Assembly: GCA_051294905.1 (NCBI GenBank)
Contig: CM119379.1
Span: 16,616,001-16,680,000 of the forward strand
DNA length: 64,000 nucleotides
DNA from: Botryllus schlosseri
Lineage: Eukaryota
Reading direction: 5' to 3'
The translations under genes and the position numbers were made by a program. Below, one piece after another: positions 1-15,000 of the stretch. The notes under the pieces are model-generated. The model did not search any database. It saw nothing but the letters and a program-made list of their open reading frames with translations, and was not told where the DNA came from. Each line of letters begins with the position of its first letter. Within the stretch, counting starts at the first letter, position 1.

Positions 1-1470
1 AGAACGGTGCTGGTTGTTAGCTTCCATTGTCAATTATCAGAGCGATGTGGCGCACTGGACGACTTGGGATACTTGCGAAGGCCGAGTGCCGCGATTGTTG
101 CAGGCATCACTGTACCTCGATATAGCCGTACAAAGTAAACCGTGTCCGGACGCTTTTACGTTGGCATTGTTGTTAACACAGCAGAATACTCCGATGCAAT
201 GAAAGGTTGCGAGTTTCACAACGAATCGGCAAAGTCTATTAATCAGACAACCACATTTACTTGCAAATCAGATTGTAATAAAATAGGAACATATCTAAAT
301 TGGCATTGAATAAGAAATATACAACATAGAAAAGGGGCTGATGCTGATGTGATGGGGCATGCATGGATACGAAGTAGGGGAAATCGCAATTCGGTTAACT
401 CGTTGATGATGGTTGTAGTTGTGGCCTTCAGTTGATCCTGTTCGTTGTATGCTCTTATATACTACCCTTTTCGATCTATCTGCTCACACAAAGTTGCCTG
501 AAATATCCCGCGATAAGCATGGTGACGAGAGGAGGTGACGATGACAATGAACTATTGTAGATCAATTGTCGCCACCACGCGGAGATGATCTAAATTCGGA
601 TTGAAAGATTCGTACCAACAAAATGTATGTGCATTGAACACATAAGATCAGTAGGCCAGAATATAATTGTTATATTTTATACATGTCTTGTGTTATATAT
701 CGGAACTGATACCACTAAAATATTTTATACAGAGAAATTGGATACTTAAATTGCGACGCGTTCTTGCGTGGATTCGTAGAACACGATTCATAGTTTATGC
801 GTGTGGAGTACATTGGCATTTCATTCTCCGGGTCAGCTCGCCGCATACATATAGAACCACACATCTCTGGGTATATTGTGCTTATACTTTCTTGCTGTAT
901 TTATAAATATTCTCCCCGGCCCTGCTGCTGTTGTTGCTAAACAACACGAATTCTGTTAGTATATTTTGTTTTACCAGATCGAAAATAACTCTTGGTTCTT
1001 CTTCTCACAGACCAATTTGTGTAATTCCTTTCAACGAAAAAATATACTACCAGCGCCATGGTATATGTGCAGTGTGCACTGTGCAGCATGTGCCACAAGC
1101 CCCAAAATCTATACGTGGGTATATATATGTATGTACTGTACGGACGCATCCCACACATATTGTCACTGTAATGCTTTCAAACTTTTGATCTGTTACTTTA
1201 TGTTATGTGGCCTTGATAATCTGGCGGTTGGAATGTGAATAAATTAAAAACGACACGTCACCGAAACTACATTTCTTAACATTACTTAGCGAAGGGAGCC
1301 TCGACATCATTCGCAAGTCTCGCGTATAAACAGAGGAGTCGTATAAATCAATCATATTTCCGGACCACATGGTAAATAATCCAAAGTGACAAAAGTCTGA
1401 ATTATTCTTTAGATAATCATTATTTGCAAAAAATAAAAATCGATTTTCTCATTTTCTGCCTACTATGTTG

Positions 1471-1592
1471 TTGTTTGTGGTATTCATGGTGTTTGTCGAC
1501 TACTATGGTAATTTACACCAGGCCAATTTTCGCCATTTCTTTCCGTAGCTGCCGACTTGTAGCACGGTCCACTTCTGGGCTTCTTGTAAGAC
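1471..1592. repeat. Dispersed ~120-bp repeat (second copy 26292-26415)
   Basis: Direct alignment TTGTTTGTG..TTCATGGTGTTTGTCGACTAC.ATGGT.ATTTACACCAGGCCAATTTTC..TAAGAC; possibly a retroelement remnant (unverified). Confidence 0.75.
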
Positions 1593-3449
1593 TTCGCTCA
1601 CAGGGATGAAATGCCTACTATGTGTACAGTGATTCTGGTAGATATTGGTTGGGTGGTTGGCTGGGTGGCACTGACTAATAATCAAGTCGCTGTCATGTGT
1701 AAGACCTGTTTCCGCTTAAACCACCTGTCTCCTCAATTGGTTTTATATCAAGAGGGAATCTTGTTCACAATATACATTAAATGTTTACCCCCTGGTTTCT
1801 TGTATATTGAAATGACGCAAAAAACGACCGCTTGTGGCTCAAGTAAGATTCGCTGCCAACTGTAGGATATTGATTGCAGGCGGGAATTTCCAAATATAGT
1901 TCCTAACTCGATGAATGTTTCATTAAACCACATAATTCGTCAAATTTGAATAAAGAGATTACGTCGACAATGTTCGTGGACGTGTTTAGCACTGGAGTGA
2001 TGATATATTTGAAGTTACAGCGGTAAGGTATCTGGCCCGTTGAAGACAGCTGATAAGCTGATGTGGCCCGCGATAGAGTATGGATAACTAACCTACGTAG
2101 GTTAGTTATCTATAGATAGAGTGAGTTTGGCGCCTCTGGCGTAAGTGTGGTGGCGTAAGTGAGTAATAAAGTTAGGTTACCAGCAGCTGTACTAAATCCT
2201 CCTTGCGATTGAAATAGACCGGCTATTTCACGAAGTAAAATAATTTTAGAAGGTTGAAGAATTCAGTTCAATACAGTCAGCAATATCTTGTCCGTTCAAA
2301 ACTCTTCAAGATTGTAATAGAATGGAAAGATATGAATGCATCGAAATCACCCGAAAACGTGTGTTGACCAAACAAACGCAAACATTTGCTGAAAAAATAG
2401 TGATAAACGCAAATAACACTTTGTAGAGAGGCAATAAAGTAGGGGTGGCCAACCCATGGCGCGCGAGAACGTTTTGAGCGGCCCGCGCGGTATTTTTTTT
2501 TGTGAACTTGCAAGACCAACCAAAACCTTGGTTATGGCCGACCACGAAATTTGGCGAAGCCAAGGCGGTTAAAAAGCCATCCACCACATTTTCGTAAAGA
2601 ATTGTAAATGAATACAAGCCAGAGTCTTTTTCTGCATTTTAATTTGTTAGCGTTTCGCACGATTATGTGCCTCCGTATTTCTTGGTTTTAGATATTCCAA
2701 ATATATCGAATTGTTTCTAACTGCATCCGCAATTGCGAGAAAACGGCATATTCCCGGTATCACTTGAGGTCGCTGGATTGCTTCCGTTGAGTGGTGTGCA
2801 ATGTGCATGTTCACGTGCAGCCCGCGGGACTGATCTCAGAGCCAGTCATCTCCTGGCCAGGACACGCCAATAAAATTTTGGCCCAAAATGATTTATGTGT
2901 GTTGGCCGAAACCGGGTCAGTTGCCGAATACTGTTGCCATTGCAATCTGAGCCCGGCGGTACAAATGTGACCCGCAATATATGCAAGTACCGATATTATT
3001 GACCGAATTCGACCGAACTTTGAGATATCTTCAAGCTTCGCGTGGCTAGAATATGAATACTAGGGTGGAGTGAAAGTGACTTTGTTATAAAATCGAAAAA
3101 AGGGGGATCCCAAATCCCGACAAATGACCAAAACTTTAGGAAAATTTGATTTTAGGAGATTGCCCACATTTTCAGCCGGCAAACCCCCAATTTCTGCGCG
3201 AGAGGGGGTAGAATTGCCCATCTCGACAACCACAGGTGGTAGAGTCATGATAAATAGCTCAAAAGCTTCCAAAACATCTTGTTTCTATCTGTCTTAAGAA
3301 GAAAGTTTTCTCTATTGTGAACACAAAACGAGTTACAGCCAAAAAACACTAAATTTTGACGCGGGTAAATGGCAGGAGTAAATAAGTTACATGTTAGTGT
3401 GATTTACACAAGAACAGCTAAGTAAATCAATCTACTTATGTAAAAGCTC

Positions 3450-4330
3450 ACTGGTAATGGATGTTGCTCCATATATTTTTAGAACAGGCCCGCGGGCGAT
3501 TCATCTGGTCCTTGCGGGCTACCGGGGGCCCGTTGGCACCGCATTGGTGACCCCTGATGTAGAATATGGCTGTGGAATGGGATCTTTTGTGGTCGTCGAA
3601 CCCCTTTGAGTAGGGTGGCTGGACACAGTCGTAACGCAAGTTCAAACCTCTCTAGGCCATATTGGTTTCCACCCAGGACTTGAAACGTTTCACAAGATCC
3701 TAGGTGGCCCAATAGGTATCCGCCCGCGCACACACTCCGATACCCTCTAATGCCTGCCGAGCCGACAACATGACGCCTTAATGCCCCTTCCAGGCTGGGA
3801 TCCGCTTGTTTCTCCTGTCGGATTTTCCTTTCGGCCTCATTCTGTTGCCACCAGAGACTAACCCATCCTCAGACGAGGCTGGGAGGTCATTGCTGACATG
3901 GTATATTTGCTACTGAGGCCACAGTCTAAACATGACTTGCCTCTTCTCCTTTCTCACATGGAGATTGGAGACGTCACCCGTTTGGGTATTCCGCAACAGT
4001 ATTCATAATCAACCGATCGGGCGTCGTCACTCCCAGGTTAGCCCCCTTGCATTTAGGAAGAGCATGGATGTTCTTTTGCCATTTTACCGACTTTGCGCAC
4101 GGCGCCGCCCACACACCTCGTGACGTCCTCTTACGCCAAGCATATCTTGGACGGACCCTTGTACGCTTCATACTTCAAGGAATAATCAAGCCATAGGGGC
4201 TGTGATGCTACAGCCTCACATATATTTGGTACCATGGCAGCAGTCGAATCACGACTGTGTCCTTCCACCCACTCAAGGGGTCCGACGACCACTCAGGGTC
4301 TCCTTCCACCCTCACTCCACCCTAATGAAT
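3450..4330 (-). mobile_element. Possible decayed non-LTR retrotransposon (L1/Tx1-like) fragment
   Basis: GC-richer tract with broken frames; IHALPKCKGANLGV resembles the LP..KGGLG motif downstream of RT in L1/Tx1 elements; no RT core seen. Confidence 0.3.
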
Positions 4331-5003
4331 ACATACACTGATTCTTCACGACATAAATGGCAGCGATTTTTGTGCGTTGTACGATGAGTCTTGCGTTCAC
4401 CGATACCTAGCCTATCTCTAAACAACAGGACACAACTCGTCAATACGCAAGAGCCCCGCGCAATGGTTTGGAAAACCGCCAATGGACCTTTGGGCTTTGG
4501 CCAAAAAGCTTGCCCACCCCTGCATAAAAGGATGCTATATAACATCGGCAGACATGAAAATGAAGAGATACGTAGTTGATCTAGCAAACTCAAAACGCAA
4601 GATCTAGTATAGTCCTATGGGTTCTGCTTGAAAGTAGGACTATATAGATAATACTCGCGCGCGCTATGCTAGCCTGCGAAATACCATTCTACGTTTGGGA
4701 CCCACAATTCCATTGGGCGTTGTGTTTTTCTGTAATTCAACTGATTAAGGTCCATTTAAAACATATGGCAGGTAGTGTCCAGATAAAATCCTTGCGCCTA
4801 TACCCTGTCTAACTTCACGCTTCAAATGAACCCCTGCGATTCGGTCAGCGAGTCTCAACTCAGGGGCTCGCCGGAGGTCAAGCAAGACGTACAGGTACAT
4901 CCGACTCATGTCATTCGTGATGACACGCCGGCTCTGGTTATTACTATGGCTGCATGGTGCAATCAGAAGTCGACATGTGGCTCTGGTGGTGGTATGTCGT
5001 GTG

Positions 5004-5501
5004 TCTGGCTGGGCTTAATGATTCGAGTACTCGAATCTGAATCGAGTATAAATTTTAATGATTCGAGTCGAGTAGTAAAAGACGATTTTTAGAGTACTGA
5101 AATTATGCGCTCCTCGCAACTGAAAGTTAATTTACTAACGAGAATTATAGTTTGTATGCTATTTTCCACTGAGGAAGCCTTGAAACCTTGATTGGCCGTG
5201 TCGCAGCATACGAGACGTAGTACAAAACTACGAACGTTACTGGAAATACCACATTTCCGAAGTCATGATCATCCCACAACATTGTCAAGAAGTGCAATGA
5301 AATAGGTATGGTCGGAAAATACTCAAGTCTTTAATGTGACGCATAACAGGCATTATGTTTTTTGTGTTGGCACAAAATGTACATCTTTGAACTTTGACAT
5401 AGTTAATTATGTTGTGACGTCATAGTGAGTGATACTCGACTCGAAGCGCAATACGTGATTCAGAATCGAATAACTCGGGTACTCGATTTGGCCCAGCCCT
5501 A
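5004..5501. mobile_element. hAT-type MITE family 1, copy 1
   Basis: TIR (TAG)GGCTGGGC / GCCCAGCCCTA; 8-bp TSD GTCGTGTG at 4996-5003 and 5502-5509; homologous to 29964-30478. Confidence 0.88.
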
Positions 5502-6458
5502 GTCGTGTGTGATCAGTGGCATACGCAGGTGATGGGGTTGGGGTTGGGGTTCGGAATCAAAAACTCGTGTTTTTAAAATGCATCATCAGAACAGCTTTTC
5601 TGGTCACATAAAGCGGGATTCTACTCACAATCAAAATTGTGCGAGTTATAGACAAACATGACGCAATAATGTGGCATAGTAAGAGTCGGACCGCCCCGAC
5701 ATTATAAATTACAGAGTGGGATTAAAAGTACTTTTATTGGTGGAGCCCCTTTTAGGGTTCTAATCGCATGACAAACAAGGCCCTTTTTAAACGGGGGAAA
5801 TGTTTTTGGAAAGCCGATCCTGTAAATATTTACCGTTTAGTTTCCGAAGAATGGGCGTAAGCTGCGGCACCATAGGAAATGAGCGGGAACAATCGAATGC
5901 GTTTGACACATTTCGAATAACTTTCTATAGCCGAGGACAGAGATTGATTACGATAAAATCAAGTCATTCGACCATATATACACGCTATAGTTAGTCGCAC
6001 GCACGTTTTTGAGAGGCGAGCGCAAAGTACAATGCCAACAGTCTCCAAATGAAGGGAGAAATAGGTACAGAAAGGAATTTACGACATGTTTGAAACAGTG
6101 TGCAGAATCGAGAGTTTTCTCTGTGGTATATTTTCCGTGTGGCGATATTATTGCTAAATCTTCTCAATGATATGATTATACACGTGACAGTATGAGTATG
6201 GTTAATATTGCATGCTCTATTATTGCTTGCGGTCAGTGCCTAATTGCTTACGTACTCTTTAACAAGCAATCATGATCCCTCTGCCGACGGCCACATGTTG
6301 ATCAACGCGGGAGGCCTTTTGTCCTTATGCCCGACTACAAATTTATTACGTTACTTCTACTTGAGTGCAAACGATGAACACTTTCACCACCTCTGCCGTT
6401 AAGCTATAGGAAATATAGATCAATATTCTCAGTCTAGCAGTCCCAGATGTGTTATCAG

Positions 6459-7300
6459 TAGGGCAAGTTTTTGCAACTTTTTTACAGCTTCCGACAGCTT
6501 CGTAGATACTCAGAATCTATGTACTATGGCATTTTAAGCTGTTTGGAGGGATTTAATAGTGCAACTTTTCGCTATTTTCCTAGCCAATTTTTGCTGCAAC
6601 TATTATCAAATATTGCGTTAAAACGTGAAAGAGTGATTTAAAAACATACTATAAACTATTTCTGTATGGTTCTACTTTCTCGATTTGCACAACAAAGATC
6701 TATATGATGGGTTAGCTGCATCTCACTGTTATCTATGACACAATGGAGAGAAGTTCAACTCCCCGTGCCAAACACGACGGGGCCCGAATAATATGTAATA
6801 GATCGCTTTATTAATTCTGTCGTTTAAATTTGAAATAGTTCACGAACGCCCAAGCGAGACCGCCGAAAATTACATAATTTTCACTGGGTCCCCTTCTTCA
6901 GGCTATTGATTTTGTTAAAGTCGCCAAGAGTGAGTTGTTTTCTGTAATGCCTTGGGTCAAGTTTGCGGACCTACGGGGTTTGGTGTGTGTTATTCTACTT
7001 GTTTTAGGGGGAGGGGGTTATCGCTATGCTGTTTGGAATTTTGTGGGGAATTATTCCCGCATTGCGTAATTTTCTTGCTGTGTGCCGGGGAAAATGTAAT
7101 TTTGGGAGGTTTCGTCAGAACGTTAAATGGCGAAGTAACAAATTTGACAGCTCTGCAGGAACTAGGTTATACAGCGGAGCCTTTCGAGTGTCTCATACCC
7201 TAATAATTCAACAAAATTATAAATGCAACTTTTTACTGCAACTTTTGTTAAAATTAAATGCAACTTTCTCGTGATTTTAGTGCAACAAAAACTTGCCCCA
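6459..7300. mobile_element. hAT-type MITE family 2, copy 1
   Basis: TIR TAGGGCAAGTTTTTG / CAAAAACTTGCCCCA; TSD GTTATCAG at 6451-6458 and 7301-7308. Confidence 0.88.
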
Positions 7301-8913
7301 GTTATCAGCTCATCACTATCATCCATGCGAAACCGACGCCATTTTGTACAAACAATACTCGTTCCTTCTGGAAGTTCTCGCCGCTAGCTGATGCTGTCGC
7401 AGTTGAAACGGATCACAACAATCTCGGCTCTCGGGTGAACAATGCGTGAAAAGCTCAGATGACACTCGAAATGATTTGATAATCCTCAACACAAAGCGTC
7501 ACTTGTAGATAACGGTAGCGAGGCTGTTTAGATATTGTAACCAAACTTTCTAATTAAGCACAGGAATGGTAAAATACGTAGTTGGGTTTGTAGAGCTGGT
7601 AGGGAAATAAAGTGTGATCTTCACGAATGCGACTCAGCGCACAGTGCGAATTCACGACAATGCGCGGCAGTTTCAACGGACATATTTATAGTTCGCAAAG
7701 AGTTGCATATTTAGCTGGCATATCAGTAATATCTTTCTGGTGTTTATCCGATAGTTCTTTTGGTCTATCAAGTTACAAGGGAATGACTGTCATCTTTCCG
7801 AGTCCACCGCCGATTTACTATTGATCGGCGTAGTGAATATTTCCTGACTTTGTTTGAATATAATTAGGGATTGCTCAAAATGAGAGGATTAAGCAGCTTA
7901 GCTGCATCACCGCTAAGAATTACTACTAGCTATTGTTTCGTTTGCAACTCGAAAATTAAGTGATTCACGTTGTTGCCGGAACCATAATTTGGCAACACAA
8001 TTATTTACTGATTGTCATCCCGCGGTCTGGTTACTGGTACGGATGGAACGATAACTGCGTAGTTTCTTCCAAGTGTTTTTCTACTCAGGAGATCATATCG
8101 CGTAAATAATCCACAATTCCCGCAGGCTAATTCTGTGCCGCGAGCGGATAGGCCGTTCACAGATCAACTTATCCAGTTCAGACGCGGCAGGCTCAGCTCT
8201 CGATTTGTTTTGAATTTATCGATCTCACGAATCGTTTGTATCCATGCTCTCGATTCAGCCTCGGTTAGATACTGCTTTCGATGCATTGATTTAATTTAAT
8301 CAGATCTGTTGGTAAAATATCCTAATAGAAGTTTTGGCTTATGGAGGACGTTCCTGTAGGGACGCACTATAGGTAGTTTAGCTAAGTGCATAAATCTCAG
8401 GATATCCAATAAGTCAATAATGAGTCGACACAATTCGGAAAATACTGGTTCCTATCCGACCGTCAAACATAAGAAGATCTTCGTAGAAGTCAGGTCCGGT
8501 TTAGAGGATGGGTGGAGTCAGGCAATATACTAGCTAATGCGGCTTGTTTTGCACAAATGGTTCAGGAGACATCAATCGCGGAGAACGGTAGTCAATTCAT
8601 AGGCCACGCAGGGACGTTTGTTGCAAGTGCGGCATAGCCCGATAAGCTTATTATCTAAATCCAAGCGTACTAATTATGTCCCACTATTTTGCAATATGTA
8701 TCAAGCTACAGCAGGAGACAGAACCAGGGTGGAGTTTTCGTACGTTTACAATCTCAAGACTTTTGCCTTCAGAACTTACACTGAAGCGTACCTACGTATA
8801 TTCGTTACATTGTAAACGTGTTTAGTGCGACTTCTGGCCTATACTTCTGTTGCTACCTGGAAGTATCATGAGAACGCGACACTTGTAGCTGAAATCATTT
8901 TATATGGGATATA

Positions 8914-9056
8914 ATGATTGGATATGTCAACATTGGAGTTATTTTAGCGCTTTTCATCGGGACGTCGCTGACATACGCGTCCGATCTGTCGGTAACTGAA
9001 GAACAAGACGCCGGCACTAGTGTAGGAAATGTTGATGGAGTCAATGACGATTATAC
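8914..9056 (+). CDS. FAT4: Fat4-like exon 1 (signal peptide, start of EC1)
   Basis: ATG 8914, MIGYVNIGVILALFIGTSLTYA-SDLSVTEEQDAGTSVGNV; donor GTAAG 9057; phase 2 matches exon 2. Confidence 0.85.
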
Positions 9057-12000
9057 GTAAGATTATTAAGCTGTCTATTATGTCCGGGAAGCTAATGTTA
9101 TATTTTCGGTTTTTATTGACGCGATTATGGGCACAGGCCCTAGCGCCGTCGTGGCTGTGTGCGACGTTTGTTAGCGATTGTGTTTGGGTATCTCCAGCTT
9201 TTTGCCTTGTAGGCGGGCTCAATTCATTTCTCGTTACTTGTTTTTTGGTTTATATCGGGCTTATTATTCAATATTGGAAGTACCTGGCATCTGTATACAG
9301 TGCACACACTTTTATACGAAATGAGATTCACATTTCGGTTACAGGTTATCGAAATACCCACTTCACATTGCGTAAGCAACTGATGAAATATGCATTCCGC
9401 TTTGAAACCACTATGCTTGACTTCGCTACTGCGTTTTCCAACAGCGTGAATGCATAATATATCCATTGCTCTGTATCTTTGTAGATAGTATTCCAAGTAA
9501 CTGCATCGACAGAGAACGGCCAAATGTCATGTGGCATTGTGGCGTGTATAATGAATTGTAACATCTTTCAGCCCGCATCCAGATTCGCTCTTGTTGGGCA
9601 GTAATCCATAGTTTGCCTAAACGCCCTAAATCCTACTTTGCGATTTCATTGCAGGCTCACACCCACGCCGTACTTTCGTTTATCCGGCTCGCTACTGTCC
9701 ACGAAGGTCCGCATAGATCGCGAAAGCCTATCGAGCGATGTCATCCGGCTAACTGCAGTGCCGATGACCGCCGGTAAGGCGCCGGTGGAGATCGAGGTCA
9801 CTGTACTTGACATCAACGATAACAACCCCGTTTTCCCGGAACCTGTTTTGCACATGAATTTGCCGGAAACGACTTCGCTACAGTCCAAGGTAAATACCTG
9901 TATGGAATTGGTTCGACCCCGATATATTTTCAACGTGATCGAGAGTGGACTTGTATGATATATATAAGAAACTCTGTTTCCATACGCATCGCCCTGTCAT
10001 ATCACTGACACTGACATCAGCAAGGTATTCGAAAGTATTGCAACTCGACGCGTTGGTAATAACAATGACTCAAGTTCGGGCCTCACTACAAATTTGTACG
10101 TTATTAATGACACTGCGATGGAAATTACGTACATATCATACTCATATACTCCTCGAGGATAAAATATATATAAAACTTTATTTTTTCAATCTATCCGGTC
10201 GTATATTAATAAAATGAGTCCTTTCCAAAGTCTGAACGGGCCGATTTGCATTCCGCCTACAATCAATATTGTATCCATATTATCCATCTCGGTTTCGTAT
10301 TAATAATTTAATGCTGAAGCGGTTGAAAGATATGGTCAGTGTCCGGTAATATTCGGATTATACCCACAGTTTCAACGACTTATACCTTTTGGCACTTTGA
10401 ACATCGGTACTTCATTCGCTTACAGTCCGCCACGCATTACAGTGGCGCAATTCTTCACGGAAATCCCGAACGCGCGAATTGCGATACCGCCTATGCGCAT
10501 GTTGACATAGTCGATCATTGTAATGACACCTACACAGTTGCTAAACGTGATCCAATCCGCACCAACGACCAACGTATATCGAGACGGTTTGCACGTGTTT
10601 GAGAACATTCAGTTGAAATCTCTTCTCGGAAATCGCGTCCCGTTGGCATCTTAATTACCGCCGCCAAGCTGGTTTCATTACTGCAAATTGTCAGTACACA
10701 TTTTCCGTTTCGTTAGGATTTTGTTTGGCGATGATCACATAAAGTTTCACTCCCCGCTTTCCAAAGATTCTCGGTACTTGCGCGCATGTGAAAATGAGCT
10801 ATGCATTTCAGCACATACTCCCGTTCGCGGTCGACAGCGACGCGGGGGTTAACGCGCAGATTCAGAGTTACGAAATTGTTTCCGGCGACACGGACCGCTT
10901 TGAGCTGTCGCTGGAATCTTCGCTTTTTCTAAAACTGAAAAAACCCATCGACAGAGAAGAGCGAGTAAGTCGCTGATTTCATCGACCCGCGCGCACCATG
11001 TTAATTTAGAAATTTTTATTCACCACAGAGTCGGTATGACTTGAACATATCGGCGACCGACGGCGGAAGTCCAGCCAGAAAAGGGTATGTGCACGTAATC
11101 GTCAGCGTGCTTGACGTTAACGACAACGATCCCAAGTTTACGGAGGAGGAATACAATTTCGAGGTGCCCGAAGACATGACAGTGGGCGAGAAATTGTTCA
11201 CCGTGAAAGCGGAAGACGAGGACGCGGTATGAGATTTATTTATAGTTTCAAGCAGTCGGAAATATAATTTCGGTAAGCGCGGATTTGCACCCTGCCGGCG
11301 CCCGCAGCGTAGGAGAAATGAATCTGTTTAGGTGTACTTATATGCGATAATTACGCCTTTGTTACTATCATATTTTTAGTTGATTTTGTGCGCATACCGG
11401 AGGCGGTCAAAGTATTAATATTTGGAACTCAAGTAGATGTAAAAGGTGATGCAGACTAATCCCAAAACTATTTTACACTTTTGAAAATCCAAAGTATAAA
11501 AAGTAAATAGTTTGGCCTAAAAAATGCACATAGCAGTGAAAGTAGTCTAAAAACCATTAGAGTGGAAGTAGACAAACCTACTTTAGTACTACCACTACCT
11601 TTAGTACACGCCGCACTAAGATCGTAGAATGCAGATTGCAGAGTGTTTTGCGTGCGCCAGTATACGCGTATGGGTATATTGTCACGCGTATCGCCGTGAT
11701 TTTCGGTTAACGCGAGATTACCAATACGCGGTCTTCACCAAAATCATAGTGGTAACGGCTAATCTGTGATGCGCTTGGTACGAGGCTGCCTGCGCGACTG
11801 ATAACATCTCGCGTGTATACAATATATCGGTTGAGGCGAGCGGCATCAAAATAAACACGACAACAGCCTTCTGTTTCACTCCTATCACGGCGCTGTCGTT
11901 AGTATAGATACGACATTGCGTAGCTTGACGCGAGGATTATTTGCCAGGAGATCACTGTTGGGTGTTCTGTTGGTGTGTCTGTGTTGTAGTGCAAAACCCG

Positions 12001-15000
12001 TTTGTATTGGAAATTGATACAATAAATTTATCGTGCGAAGCGGTCGGAACGGGGCAAAACGCGCTCCTGCCACTTCAAATTTCGCGTTTGTATATTGTGT
12101 CGCTTAGTTTTCGAAAATTACTGCGAAAATTCGGTTCTCTACAAGATCATGATCATACGATAACTGACAAGTAGTTTTAATTATTCCAGTGTACTAGTGT
12201 GACAACTTATGCTGATTGGCATCAACTGCACAATATACCGTACAATGTACTTTTTTGTTGATATTTTACAGTTGCGAATAGATATTGACTGGCAAAACCC
12301 TCGAAATATGAATACTTCATACCCGTAGATCCTGAGACTCGCACATAACTGTATAATGCAGCTCTAGAAATATCCCCCTTTTCGAAATCCCCGACTTATT
12401 ATTGTCGGTCAACTCATACTTTTTACTTCAGGGAAGTAACGGTATTATCAGCTACGTTCTGGTATCGCAACCAGTTCCCGGTACATTCGTAGTTAACTCT
12501 ACGACCGGTGACATCACCTTGGAGAAAGAACTGGACCACGAGACCAGGCGCACGCACACTCTGGTAGTGTCGGCTACCGACGGCGGAGTGCCTAGCATGA
12601 CGGACGACGCTCTTGTTCACGTCACAGTGATCGATGTGAACGACAATGATCCCGTAATTAACTTCAGGTAGATTATCCTCTTTTTGTGGTGGCTTGCGCG
12701 TATATTTACTTGCCATATAACTTCTTCTACTGCGTTGGACATTGTTTCTGTAATGAGCGCGTAATCTGCGGACCCTGTCAACTTCTCGCAAGTGCTGCGA
12801 TGATTTGATACACTATTAATTGAGAGCAATTCGAACGCTTTACAATTCTTCTTGTTATTATATGATTGGCATGCGTTGAAAGTGTGGTCGCATACTTATC
12901 GAAAGTGCTGAATAATCCAAATCGTTTGTGTCGGCATAATGTAGCATAAATAATTCACGGGATCATATAATTTGCTGCGAATTTTTACACTCTTTCAAAG
13001 CAAATAAGCCGTGAAAGTGCACACTGAAGTCTGTATAAATCATATTCTCTATTTTGATAACGAACTGCATCAATTGGTGACAATATGCGATGGATATTTG
13101 TATTGTTACGCCTGTGTGCCAGTTAATTTCTTCTGTGCGCGCATTTATTTCGTTTTCGAGTAAGACATTTTGCACAGTGAAATCTGCGACCAAGTATCCA
13201 TTAGGGCGGAATCAACGGTGTATCGCGGATTCGCCGCATAATCGTACAATAAATATTTTCGAGCGCGTCTCGAAACCGCTGTGCTGCATTTCATCTTTAA
13301 AATTCGAATTTAGGAACGTAACAAATATTTTTGGGCCGTGTCAGAAGGCATAATGACGAATCAATGATGATATAAAACTCAATGATGGGTTTTCTAAAAA
13401 AATACACCCCTGCCTATGACGTATATTGCTTTTTGTGCATATAAGGACCGTCGAAATTCTATAATTTGAGTACATTTGTCGCATAGCCAACTGTGAGAAT
13501 GTGTTCACTTAGCGGTCACATATTCCCAAAATACCGACACAATTAAATGTTGAGTAATTTCGGAACACCGAACGCGAATAGATCGGTTTTCATGGCGACA
13601 TATCGTGACACAATACACGAAGCTGACTCGCGTGAACCTACGGAAAATGCTGACGTGCCACGCGGAACGGGCCGTTTCGTATCCGTGCGATGCCTCACCG
13701 TACAGGTCAAGGCCCCTCTGATTGAAATTGGAAATTTACCAGAATTCGCAGGACGCCAGACACGGTCTTCATCGCACGTTTGCGCGCTTATCGCTCTAAT
13801 CTCCGCGCAGCGCGACGCTTATGTACGGCGGCTGAAACTCGCGTGGACTTTATCGAGATGAGTCAAGTCATGTGGGAGTTATCGCAAAATAAACATAAGC
13901 TATTCTTGTAAGTTCGCCCGTGCAACAGCGCGCCGCGAAGTTACGGGCGCTGCTGGAATCGTGTTCCAAAACAACGTGATGTAGAATTCCAAATTTCCAT
14001 AGTTCCAATTGTTTTTTGATTTTTTTCAAGCATAAGTTGTTCTGAAAATGTTCTACTCAACTCAAGTACAAGTACAAATAGATATTTAAGATATGTAATA
14101 ATAATAATATAATATAATTTATAGAGCACCGCCCAGCAATATTTCATCGTTACACAGGGCGTTTTACACTGGGACCCCTAAAAGTGTAAAGATATTTTCA
14201 CGTCTACATAAAATGGCTACAATTAGGGTTGCATTTAAAACAAATGGTTGTTTAAAACACTTCGTTGAAAACGTGTTTTAAACAGTTTTTAAAAAAAGGC
14301 CATTATTAAAATGTTTTTTTAGCTGTACAATTATGTCATTATTGTGTAAATACTTTTCAAAAAACATGTTGTATGAGCCTACGGGCAATCACCCCCCCCC
14401 CCCCCCGATAGCCGACGTATACGATATGGGACGATTGGAATCCTCAAAATAGTCAGTTCAACAGCTATAGTAAGTAGATATTTCATCAAAGGAGCTGTAT
14501 TTACCCTATTTTTTCAATTGTCTATGGCAATCCACTATGGCGTGACAATTGAATATTCGTGACGTCTTGACTTGAAAAACATATTTCACACAAGGGCCTT
14601 GTTTTAAACATGTTTGTTTTAAATTGATTTTTGTTTTAAATGCAACCCTAGTTACAATCAAATATACTGGCCTCGATATCAAATATCAAATGTAGTTCCC
14701 AAATCCCAACTATGGTACATGGCATCTTTCAAATTTACGAAACACGTGCCTGCCGTACTATCGTGCCCACTAAATGGAGGAAATTTATTTGGGCAGTATA
14801 CCTTCAAGGAAATTTTAGATTGTAGATTTACATTGTACACTTATTATATCGTCTTTGCAGATTCTTGAGCCCGGCTTCGGTGGCTTCCATCGACGAGCAT
14901 GAGAGTATCGGCGCCATTGTGGCAGTCGTCACGGTGTCGGATGCCGACTCGACGTGGGCCAACAACCCCGTGGCGATGGGTATAGCGGAGGGCAACGAAT

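Noticed and set aside
960-1170. Possible - strand exon (DNMCGMRP..MALVVYFFVERNY..) with AG/GT flanks and a hydrophobic stretch
   Set aside because: I could not chain it to any neighbouring in-phase exon or recognise a family; it needs RNA-seq or a homology search.
9572-9600. Possible 29-nt micro-exon (TTTCAG..GTAATC) between exons 1 and 2
   Set aside because: Entered in the phase 2 left by exon 1, it exits in phase 1 and breaks the frame; exon 1 joins exon 2 cleanly without it.
14393-14406. Poly-C runs (also ~34401 and ~37224) and (TA)n tracts near 37350 and 40630
   Set aside because: Simple repeats inside MITEs or 3' flanks; the TA tracts are not a retrocopy poly(A) tail.
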